Assembly (NCBI RefSeq): GCF_963967315.1
Contig: NZ_OZ017288.1
Coordinates: 450,001 to 482,000 of the forward strand
Direction: 5' to 3'
DNA from: Candidatus Minimicrobia sp. QA0096
GTDB lineage: Bacteria; Patescibacteriota; Saccharimonadia; Saccharimonadales; Saccharimonadaceae
DNA length: 32,000 bases
Made by a program: the position numbers and the translations under genes. Below are positions 8,552 through 16,042 of the stretch, piece after piece. Every line of letters begins with the position of its first letter. The stretch's first letter is position 1. The notes below the pieces were generated by a model. That model was not told where the DNA came from and searched no databases. It was given only the letters and a program-made list of their open reading frames with translations.

Positions 8552-10078
8552 CTACTTGACTAGTCGCAATCGCTCAATCAACCAATCCCGCGGCAAAATC
8601 GATAAGAACCAGCCAGCGCGCGGCCCGGAATCTTTGCCAATGAGCACACGGTAGATGGTGGTGAAAAGCTCCCGCGGCAGCAGCAAACCGCTCTCTTTGT
8701 AGGCGTAAATTGCTTGATGAAACCAGTTACCGTCAGCCCCAGCCGGCGCCTCGGCGATATCGTCAGCTAATCGCCTCAAGTATTCTTTTTGCTCTGGCGA
8801 GAACTCATCGGGATTTACCTCGTCCGTCAGACGAAACTTCAATGACTCGGGCGCCCACTTTTCCAGCCACCGACCAACATAGCCTAGTTCTGTGATGATC
8901 ACTGCTTCTTCTTCGTCGACGATGCGGGCGTATTCCGAACTGCGCCGCAAAATCTCTACTGTTTTTACCATGTCGCACAGCGCCGCTTGGTATGAAATAA
9001 CCAGATGCGAGAATGGAATTGAGCTGACCGCTGGCTGATCTAGTCCGTCAGTACACAAGAATAATAGCTGTTTATCAAGCTCATTTTGCGGATGCTGCTT
9101 CATCGCCGCGAAGTCGTCAACCAGCCGCACCAGGCTATCGGTCTCGTCAAAATACAACCGCTTGGCTGGCGAATATCGAAGGATAAAGTAGCGCACTACC
9201 TCAGGCGGCAGCATATCAACAACGTCGTGTGCATTCACGCCAGTACCCTTGCTGGCGCTCATCTTTTTCGTATCACCGGTGCGATTAATAAATTCATATG
9301 GCACTGGTACTGGCGCATCAATGTCATAGACTTCACGAGCGATCCGTTTGCCGGTATCATACGAACCGCCCTTCGTCGCGTGGTCACGACCAAACGGCTC
9401 GATATCAATACCGAGCAGCCACCACCGCCCCGGCCAATCCAACCGCCAGTCCAGCTTTACCTGCCCGTCATCGTACCGAACCGTGTGCTCCGAGTCATCA
9501 TGGCTACGATAGGTAATTGTTTTTGTATCGCTATCCATTCTGACAAACTGACGATTTTTAAGACGACCATGTTCCATAATCTGAATCGGCGACCATTGAT
9601 TATCCAGCTGCCGACCCGACACTTCCTGGATAGCCAACTTAGCTTTGTCAATGCGGCTCAGTGAGCGCTCGATGGCCGGCACAAAAAATCCGCTCCGATA
9701 TTTATCGCTAGCATAGATCACGTCCATGGTGACGCCAATTTTATCGGCGCTGTCGAGAAATGGCTTCAAGCAAAAATCCGCCCACGAATCGTACCGATCA
9801 TCTGGTGATGGCACCATACAGAGCGGCACACCCAAGTACTGTTCGTAGTTCGCTGGCAAATTAACCGGCACTTTACGAAAGGCGTCGAGGTTGTCTGAAA
9901 CGTGAACGTGGCGCGCCCGAATGCCTGCTTTCTTCAGCGCCCGCACCACGGCATCAGCGATGACAATTTCACGCAGATGACCCACATGATACACACCTGA
10001 CGGCGATGCGCCCGAGGCAACCAAAATATCTTTATTAGCATCCTGAAACGTATTTACTATATCATCGAGCCACTTCAT
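8552..10078 (-). CDS. lysK: Lysine--tRNA ligase, class I (archaeal type)
   Basis: 508 aa. HIGH-type motif SGVYHVGHLRE and KMSKS-type motif KKMSASKGTG, so a class I Rossmann synthetase rather than class II LysRS. Confidence 0.85.
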   Translation of the reverse strand: MKWLDDIVNTFQDANKDILVASGASPSGVYHVGHLREIVIADAVVRALKKAGIRARHVHVSDNLDAFRKVPVNLPANYEQYLGVPLCMVPSPDDRYDSWADFCLKPFLDSADKIGVTMDVIYASDKYRSGFFVPAIERSLSRIDKAKLAIQEVSGRQLDNQWSPIQIMEHGRLKNRQFVRMDSDTKTITYRSHDDSEHTVRYDDGQVKLDWRLDWPGRWWLLGIDIEPFGRDHATKGGSYDTGKRIAREVYDIDAPVPVPYEFINRTGDTKKMSASKGTGVNAHDVVDMLPPEVVRYFILRYSPAKRLYFDETDSLVRLVDDFAAMKQHPQNELDKQLLFLCTDGLDQPAVSSIPFSHLVISYQAALCDMVKTVEILRRSSEYARIVDEEEAVIITELGYVGRWLEKWAPESLKFRLTDEVNPDEFSPEQKEYLRRLADDIAEAPAGADGNWFHQAIYAYKESGLLLPRELFTTIYRVLIGKDSGPRAGWFLSILPRDWLIERLRLVK

Positions 10079-10085
10079 GTGCTAT

Positions 10086-10093
10086 ATTATACA
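10086..10093 (-). promoter_or_regulatory. Extended -10 TGTATAAT, 7 nt upstream of lysK ATG 10078 (leaderless geometry)
   Basis: Minus strand reads gctagTGTATAATatagcacATGaag. Confidence 0.5.
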
Positions 10094-10170
10094 CTAGCTT
10101 GTTACAAAAGAGTTAACGTTGAGCGATCATTCCGGTGATATCATAGACGTAGTCCCATTTTCTACCTATC

Positions 10171-10665
10171 ATGAGAGTCAAAAAAGCAATTAAAGTATTT
10201 GAAAAGATTCGCGACTTACCCTACGGAACAAGTGGCAGTGATGAAGTGTGGTCGTGTTACCAAAAATGCGTACTCTTGAAACAAGAACTGCAGCACATCG
10301 GCATTACCAGTCAATTGCTAATTGGTGTTTTTGACTGGCAAGACCTGCAGATCCCCGAACACATCCTCAAAATTCGCCGCCAACAATATGAGAGACATGT
10401 GATACTACGCGTGTTTATTGATGAATTTGCGTACGATGTCGACCCATCAATAGATATTGGGCTTACACCAATGTTACCTATGGCTTGCTGGGATGGCAAG
10501 TCAAGCACAATAACCATGGTGCCACTGCGACGTCTGCGCGTCTACCGGCCACATTCCTTACATGAGCGTATTTTATCACAACTACGACGTAAGATATTTC
10601 GAAGTAACCCCGAGAGTTTTTATACTGCAATCGACATATGGTTAGCAACCATACGAGTAAGTTGA
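10171..10665 (+). CDS. Small transglutaminase-like (papain-fold Cys-His-Asp) protein, putative
   Basis: 164 aa. The pattern WSCYQKCVLLKQELQHIGITSQLLIG ... RHVILRVFIDEFAYDVDPS matches the Cys ... GIxxR ... H ... D layout of transglutaminase-core proteins. Confidence 0.5.
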   Translation: MRVKKAIKVFEKIRDLPYGTSGSDEVWSCYQKCVLLKQELQHIGITSQLLIGVFDWQDLQIPEHILKIRRQQYERHVILRVFIDEFAYDVDPSIDIGLTPMLPMACWDGKSSTITMVPLRRLRVYRPHSLHERILSQLRRKIFRSNPESFYTAIDIWLATIRVS

Positions 10666-10713
10666 TATTTTTTATTTTAGTGTGCTATATAACAATCTGA
10701 TTGAGACAGTTTA

Positions 10714-11832
10714 TTATTCCCACCTAAATAGCTTAATGGCTAAGAAATAAATAGCGAAAGTCCAAGCCGCGATAATACCGAATTGTGGCAAGATTTCCAT
10801 AAAACTTGCGTGTTCAGTCATAATTAACCGGAATCCATCCGTGATTGGAGTTATGGGGACAAATTGGGCAACGCTTCGCAACCATTCTGGGAATAGATAA
10901 AGCGGGATAAACGTACCGGACAAGAACATCATCGGGAAAGAAATTAAATTACTTAACGCGGAAGATTGGTCTTCGTTTTTCGACCAGCCAGCAATCAATA
11001 GCCCTATTCCCACCATCATGAATGCCGATAATACAGATATAATCACAAACAGCGCCCAATCGCCTCGCATATTAAAGTGAAATATCAAAGCGCCAGCGAC
11101 AACCATCATGATCAAGCTAAGCAAGGAAATAATCGTATAGTGAATTGCTGTAGAGATAATCAACTGACCAGAAGTAAACGGCGCCGCGCGTAAACGTCGG
11201 TACGAGCCACGCTTCTTTTCAGCCGGCATTTGATTAGCTAAACCAAAAATACCCATACTTATCAAGCTGAAAGTTAATAGCCCTGTAAATATGTAATCAA
11301 ACGATTTTAATTGCTCATCACCAATCGCTTTACCAACAGCTTTAAGCGGAGCTTCAGGTTGACCCATCTGAATATTGATGTTATTGGTAATTTGGTTCAT
11401 CACTGCCACCAACGCGCCGCCTGTTTGTTCAGAACCCTTGGAGTAAATAACACTCACAGTGCCTGTTGGAATAGGATGATTGCCATTATTTTTTATCACA
11501 CCAAAATCACTCGGGAGCTCAATAATACCATTGAGCTCTGATCGCTTCAGCTTTTCGCGTGCGTCATCCATATCTTTAACGTCTTTAATTTTGAGGATCG
11601 AATCCTTAGAATTTTCTTTGGCATTTTTAACGAAACTTTTGGCAAATTCCGTCTGCGAATTGTTGACAATTGCAATATTAAAACTGGTCGAATCATTACT
11701 AAAAACCGACCCGAACACTAATAGAAAAATCAGCGGAAAAAGAAAGGTGAAAAATAGCGCCATTTTATCTCGAATAAAACGCTTTTGTTGAGCGCGAACT
11801 TGCCCAAATATTCCAATCCAATATTTTTTCAT
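10714..11832 (-). CDS. ABC-2 type exporter permease
   Basis: 372 aa with an N-terminal TM, a large extracytoplasmic loop, then 5 C-terminal TM helices. Sits 1 nt after the ATPase gene. Confidence 0.8.
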   Translation of the reverse strand: MKKYWIGIFGQVRAQQKRFIRDKMALFFTFLFPLIFLLVFGSVFSNDSTSFNIAIVNNSQTEFAKSFVKNAKENSKDSILKIKDVKDMDDAREKLKRSELNGIIELPSDFGVIKNNGNHPIPTGTVSVIYSKGSEQTGGALVAVMNQITNNINIQMGQPEAPLKAVGKAIGDEQLKSFDYIFTGLLTFSLISMGIFGLANQMPAEKKRGSYRRLRAAPFTSGQLIISTAIHYTIISLLSLIMMVVAGALIFHFNMRGDWALFVIISVLSAFMMVGIGLLIAGWSKNEDQSSALSNLISFPMMFLSGTFIPLYLFPEWLRSVAQFVPITPITDGFRLIMTEHASFMEILPQFGIIAAWTFAIYFLAIKLFRWE

Positions 11833-11833
11833 G

Positions 11834-12595
11834 TTAATCCCGAATTGCCTTTCCTGTTAAATCAATAAACACGTCCTCTAAGTTGGCCTGCTCGACAACC
11901 TGTTCCTTCTTAAAACCACGCGCCAATAATTGTTGGATGAGATTATGTGGCGTATCAATTGTAATAATCTTACCACTGTCCATAATTGCCAGACGATCAC
12001 ACAATAATTCCGCCTCGTCCATATAATGCGTCGTCAAAAGAATCGTAATTCCCTCATCACGAATTTCCTTAATCAAATCCCACAAATTTCTACGCGCCTG
12101 CGGATCAAGCCCCGTAGTCGGCTCGTCCAAAAATAGTACTTTTGGATTATTTACCAGCGTCGAGGCAATCGCAAAACGCTGTTTTTGACCACCAGAAAGC
12201 TGCTCGACGTAATTCTTAGCTTTTTCTGTTAATTGAACCTTAGCAAGCAGCGCCTCAGTATCAACTGTCCGACCATATAAACTACCAAACATTTTCAATT
12301 GTTCACGCAAAGTCAGCTTGTCATAAAAAGCTGTCGACTGAAGCTGAATACCAATTATATTCTTAATATCCTTAGGTTTCTTAGCGACATCTATGCCATC
12401 AATTGTAGCCACACCGCCATCAATTGGTCTGAGCGCTTCCAACATCTCCAACGTTGTTGTTTTGCCCGCGCCGTTAGGGCCAAGAATCCCAAATATCTCG
12501 CCCTTTTTAACTTCAAACGACACGCCGTCGACCACGTTATTTCCATCATAAGTTTTAACAAGTTTATCGACTTTTATAATTGGCTCAAGTTCCAC
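11834..12595 (-). CDS. ABC transporter ATP-binding protein (DrrA/CcmA-like)
   Basis: Walker A GPNGAGKTT, signature LSGGQKQR, Walker B LFLDEPTTGLD and H-loop TTHYMDE. GTG start preceded by gagagga. Confidence 0.9.
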   Translation of the reverse strand: MELEPIIKVDKLVKTYDGNNVVDGVSFEVKKGEIFGILGPNGAGKTTTLEMLEALRPIDGGVATIDGIDVAKKPKDIKNIIGIQLQSTAFYDKLTLREQLKMFGSLYGRTVDTEALLAKVQLTEKAKNYVEQLSGGQKQRFAIASTLVNNPKVLFLDEPTTGLDPQARRNLWDLIKEIRDEGITILLTTHYMDEAELLCDRLAIMDSGKIITIDTPHNLIQQLLARGFKKEQVVEQANLEDVFIDLTGKAIRD

Positions 12596-12674
12596 TCCGC
12601 AAATTCCTCTCTGTTGTAATTTTGATCAAGCTAGTCTCTACTTATCATCAATGATAACAAAACCAAAACACTAG

Positions 12675-12683
12675 TGCTATACT
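12675..12683 (+). promoter_or_regulatory. Extended -10 TGcTATACT, 6 nt upstream of ATG 12690 (leaderless geometry)
   Basis: Plus strand reads agTGcTATACTtatagtATGcgc. Confidence 0.5.
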
Positions 12684-12689
12684 TATAGT

Positions 12690-14126
12690 ATGCGCATTCA
12701 GAGAAAAAAAGCAAAACCAAAATCTAAAAAACTATTTATTATCATACCATTTTTGATTTTGCTATTTTCGGCAGGGCTATTTGGGATATATTTTCTCAAT
12801 CAATCATACTCGCGACAAACGACTGCGCCATCTGACGAAAAGTATTATTTTGCCGATTCGAAATATTCTGGCATTCGCTCAAAATTTGTCACCAGAGATA
12901 ACAAACGAGAAAAAGTTTCAATTGAATATCCGATCACGGAAAATGAAAAGATTAATCGCTTAATTAGCGAGTCGATTGATAAAATTGATCGCGATTTTCA
13001 AAATACGGTTTTACTGGCGACAGTTTTTGATAAGCCAATGACCGAAACAATTGGCTATCAAGTCACGCACAACACTTCAGAAGCGCTGTCAATTGTCATC
13101 AATATTAAGCAGGATATGAACGGCGCACATCCAGCATCAATGACGCAATTTTGGACTTTCGACAAAAAATCTGGCGAAGTTGTCGGCTTAGCTGATTTTA
13201 CAGAACAGTCCGATGAAGCCATCGAAGCAATCATATCCGCTGCCAAAGATAATATTTCTCAGACCATCAAACAACGCCAGCAGCCAGAAATTGACCTGAA
13301 TGAAATCATAAATAAAGAAGCTTTGTCTAATTTCATCATCACTAATAACGGCAATTCATTGGCTTGGCCACTCGGTCAGGCGTCGCTATTACCATCATCT
13401 TACGGCGAATTGACAATTACTGTGCCAATTTCCTCCGTCTCTAAATATCTACAAAACCCAACGGCGAGAAAATTCGCTAACATCCCCAAGCCCGCAGAAA
13501 AACCAAAACCAGCACCTGCAGCTCCAACACCTATCGTCGCAAATAAAACAATTGCTCTAACTTTTGACGACGGACCTGGACCATACACTGAAAAATTATT
13601 GGACATATTAGATAAGTACGACGCCAAGGCGACATTTTTCCTAATTGGAAGTAAAGTTTCAGCACGCGCCAACACGTTACGTCGTATGCAGTCGCGCGGG
13701 CATCAATTAGGCAACCACTCTTGGTCGCATCCAGAGTTAAATAAGATTTCAACAGAGCAACTATCTAGCGAAATTGACCAAACAAATAATGCCATAAAAC
13801 AAGCAGTCGGCATCAATCCCAATATCATACGTCCGCCATACGGCGCGTTTAATCGGGTAGTTTTGGAGAAGTTCCGTCAACGTGGAATGTCGTCTATTCT
13901 ATGGTCTGTCGATACGCGCGACTGGGCTGATCGTAATAGTGAGATAGTCTGTTCAAGGGCTGTCGCTGGCGCTCACAACGGAGCTGTGATTTTAATGCAC
14001 GATATTCATCAGACATCCGTAAATGCCGTTCCTTGCATTCTTGACTCACTCAAACAACAAGGCTATTCATTCGTAACGGTACAAAATTTAATCGGCGATA
14101 TGACACCGGGCGCCGTTTATCCGTAA
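12690..14126 (+). CDS. PdaC-like membrane-anchored peptidoglycan/polysaccharide deacetylase (NodB domain)
   Basis: N-terminal TM LFIIIPFLILLFSAGLFGIYFL, a DUF3298/DUF4163-like middle region and a PKPAEKPKPAPAAP linker. NodB motifs ALTFDDGP, GNHSWSHP, RPPYG and ILMHD. Confidence 0.85.
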   Translation: MRIQRKKAKPKSKKLFIIIPFLILLFSAGLFGIYFLNQSYSRQTTAPSDEKYYFADSKYSGIRSKFVTRDNKREKVSIEYPITENEKINRLISESIDKIDRDFQNTVLLATVFDKPMTETIGYQVTHNTSEALSIVINIKQDMNGAHPASMTQFWTFDKKSGEVVGLADFTEQSDEAIEAIISAAKDNISQTIKQRQQPEIDLNEIINKEALSNFIITNNGNSLAWPLGQASLLPSSYGELTITVPISSVSKYLQNPTARKFANIPKPAEKPKPAPAAPTPIVANKTIALTFDDGPGPYTEKLLDILDKYDAKATFFLIGSKVSARANTLRRMQSRGHQLGNHSWSHPELNKISTEQLSSEIDQTNNAIKQAVGINPNIIRPPYGAFNRVVLEKFRQRGMSSILWSVDTRDWADRNSEIVCSRAVAGAHNGAVILMHDIHQTSVNAVPCILDSLKQQGYSFVTVQNLIGDMTPGAVYP

Positions 14127-14128
14127 AC

Positions 14129-14350
14129 TTAATCAATCTCAAATATCTTATACTTTGAAGTTGCGCCGCGCACTAATTTAACTTTGGACGGCGCAACCTT
14201 AAAATGTTTTGCCAATAATTTAATAGTCGCCGCGTTGGCTCGACCTTCAATTGCTGGGGCTTTGGTATAAACCGTCAACGTTTCGTCGTCATTTTTCACA
14301 ACTTCCTCACGATGGTGAGAGTTTGGTTTAATGTGTACGGAGATTTTCAT
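14129..14350 (-). CDS. DUF167 (YggU) family protein
   Basis: 73 aa. IKPNS ... APAIEGRANAATIKLLAKHFKVAPSKVKLVRGATSKYK is the typical YggU signature. Confidence 0.8.
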   Translation of the reverse strand: MKISVHIKPNSHHREEVVKNDDETLTVYTKAPAIEGRANAATIKLLAKHFKVAPSKVKLVRGATSKYKIFEID

Positions 14351-14405
14351 ACGCCATTAAAAATCTATCACCTTTAATCCCCTAGGTAGAATTTCTCGCA
14401 CAACT

Positions 14406-15971
14406 TTACTTATCATATTTATCCATTATATATATTTCCGTCTCAGGGAGTGATATGACATCATCCAACTCATCAATAATAGTATCATCTATGAAATTAG
14501 CTTTAGATAATTCACAAAATGCTGATGGCTTTAGCCATGCTGAATTCCAAATACCATCAACCATTTCTCCTGTAACTATAGGACTTTCATACAGCATAGA
14601 AATAATCGGGTTACGTGATACAAGCTTACATAAAGGCTCATCAAATTTTCTGCTTCGATCCGATTTAATACTAATGCGCTGCAGACATATATCTAGATAT
14701 CCCACGTTTGGAACATCAGTAAATTTACGCTCAATTTTTCGGTACATATCATCTCGCTCCTTTCTCGTATCAAATGACATCAGCTTCGATATCACAGAAG
14801 CACCAGTTGCATATGTTCGAGGATTATTAAGCATTATATCCACCACAATAGCAACCATTGCGTCGTTTTGATCAGGCTTTTCTTTGAGGTTTTCTATACA
14901 CTTTCGGAAATCCCCGAACAGTCTGCTCACACTTCCCGAATTTTTATGTATTTTTGAGAAGTTCCTTATATAAAACAGCTTATGTTGTAGCCCAAGATTA
15001 TCATATCTATAATTAGATAAAATCAGGCTATTCTTATCAGTCTTAACCGAAGCGTCAATAACATTATCCGCGATTACCGTCTTATTTGGATTCAACTTGA
15101 AATTTAATTCCGCTAATATACTACTCAGCTTTAGGAGAATTTTTTCAGCGTCTTGGCAACTGTTTGTGAAAATTCTATAATCGTCCCGGTATCTAAGTAT
15201 CTTATAATCTTCAATTTTTTCTTTTTTCAGTTGTTTACTCAGTAACATATCTGCAAAGCCAAGGACCATCTCCGCAATCAAATCGGACACCATATTACCC
15301 TGAGGTATGCCGTTTGTCTGCCTGTTATGCATATCTTGTAGAAAATTATCGATACTATTTCCCAACAGTCCATCTTTTTTATCTAATTCGTTATGATTAG
15401 CTTTAGCTATTTTTTTATCATGAAGCGCCCATGCGACAGAATGTGTGTACAAAGACCCATAACAGTCTGTAATATCTGTAGTTGTAAGATATTTGAACTC
15501 TAGTGATAATTTAATTGATGCCTGTTCTATCTCACTCCACCAACGATTTATATTCTCTTCTTTTTCTGTATTTCCTTTGCTCTCATCGGGTTTTTGCGGA
15601 ATGTTTACCGCTATAATCTTGTCGTTACATTGCATCTCTTTGAAGCGCTTCTTAATACAATTCCAATTCTTTTCCTCTGTGAGCAAATTTACTAGCTCGA
15701 TATAAAGAATCGGATGAACAAGCTCATATGGTCGCCAGGCATACGCACCATCTTTGTTAGCAAGTAGCGTGTAGTTTACACCCTCAAAAGCACCTGGTCC
15801 TGACTTCTTGCCACTGTTTCTATAGCCTCCTTTTTGTACTATGTCATCAGCACAGTCTAATAAATTTTGCACATTAAAATAAGCAGGCAAGCCAAAATTG
15901 CAATATGAATTAGGTCGCAGTAATAAATCTCTGGCTTCAGAACACTCTAATTCTAAGATAAGTTTGCCCAT
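14406..15971 (-). CDS. Standalone reverse transcriptase, Abi/UG (defence-associated) class, with uncharacterised C-terminal domain
   Basis: RT motif A TDITDCYGSLYTH, motif B GIPQGNMVSDLIAEMVL, motif C RYRDDYRIF (YRDD encoded at nt 15180-15191) and motif D/E-like LNFKLNPNKT. The track ORF starts at TTG 15989; ATG 15971 (MGKLILE) is the more conservative start. The gene is AT-rich. Confidence 0.85.
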   Translation of the reverse strand: MGKLILELECSEARDLLLRPNSYCNFGLPAYFNVQNLLDCADDIVQKGGYRNSGKKSGPGAFEGVNYTLLANKDGAYAWRPYELVHPILYIELVNLLTEEKNWNCIKKRFKEMQCNDKIIAVNIPQKPDESKGNTEKEENINRWWSEIEQASIKLSLEFKYLTTTDITDCYGSLYTHSVAWALHDKKIAKANHNELDKKDGLLGNSIDNFLQDMHNRQTNGIPQGNMVSDLIAEMVLGFADMLLSKQLKKEKIEDYKILRYRDDYRIFTNSCQDAEKILLKLSSILAELNFKLNPNKTVIADNVIDASVKTDKNSLILSNYRYDNLGLQHKLFYIRNFSKIHKNSGSVSRLFGDFRKCIENLKEKPDQNDAMVAIVVDIMLNNPRTYATGASVISKLMSFDTRKERDDMYRKIERKFTDVPNVGYLDICLQRISIKSDRSRKFDEPLCKLVSRNPIISMLYESPIVTGEMVDGIWNSAWLKPSAFCELSKANFIDDTIIDELDDVISLPETEIYIMDKYDK

Positions 15972-16016
15972 TATTTCGCAATCTTCCAAATAGTATCACC
16001 TGTTGTCATATTAAAC

Positions 16017-16025
16017 ATTATACTA
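16017..16025 (-). promoter_or_regulatory. Candidate RT-specific -10 box (TAGTATAAT)
   Basis: Minus strand reads acaTAGTATAATgttt in the 54-nt gap between the acidic ORF stop and the RT, about 45 nt upstream of ATG 15971. Confidence 0.4.
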
Positions 16026-16042
16026 TGTTCTATGTCCTATTT

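Noticed and set aside
9086-9664. 192-aa plus-strand ORF inside lysK (and 9298-9516, 8710-8895)
   Set aside because: These are antisense shadows in a GC-rich gene, with Arg/Pro-rich nonsense composition.
8552-10078. Elevated G+C of lysK (hand counts 52-57% on three lines) as evidence of recent horizontal transfer
   Set aside because: A clpB line counted similarly high (about 55%), so G+C varies widely among native conserved genes here. lysK also uses the native leaderless promoter geometry.
14366-16001. 8-bp direct repeat TATCACCT on both sides of the RT gene (14366-14373 and 15994-16001) as target-site duplication or att sites
   Set aside because: It is too short to separate from chance in two ~55-nt AT-rich gaps. 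No integrase or transposase, and no longer flanking identity, was found.
14351-16042. RT as part of a diversity-generating retroelement (DGRs are common in CPR bacteria)
   Set aside because: No template/variable repeat pair is visible. Only 54-55 nt of non-coding DNA flank the gene and there is no Avd-like small ORF. Motif B reads SDLIAE rather than the DGR-typical SQxxxN. A distant VR outside the window cannot be excluded.
14351-16042. RT as a group II intron maturase or a retron RT
   Set aside because: There is no room for ribozyme domains or an msr/msd with flanking inverted repeats. No maturase-X or HNH endonuclease segment is present. The surrounding genes are intact rather than split.
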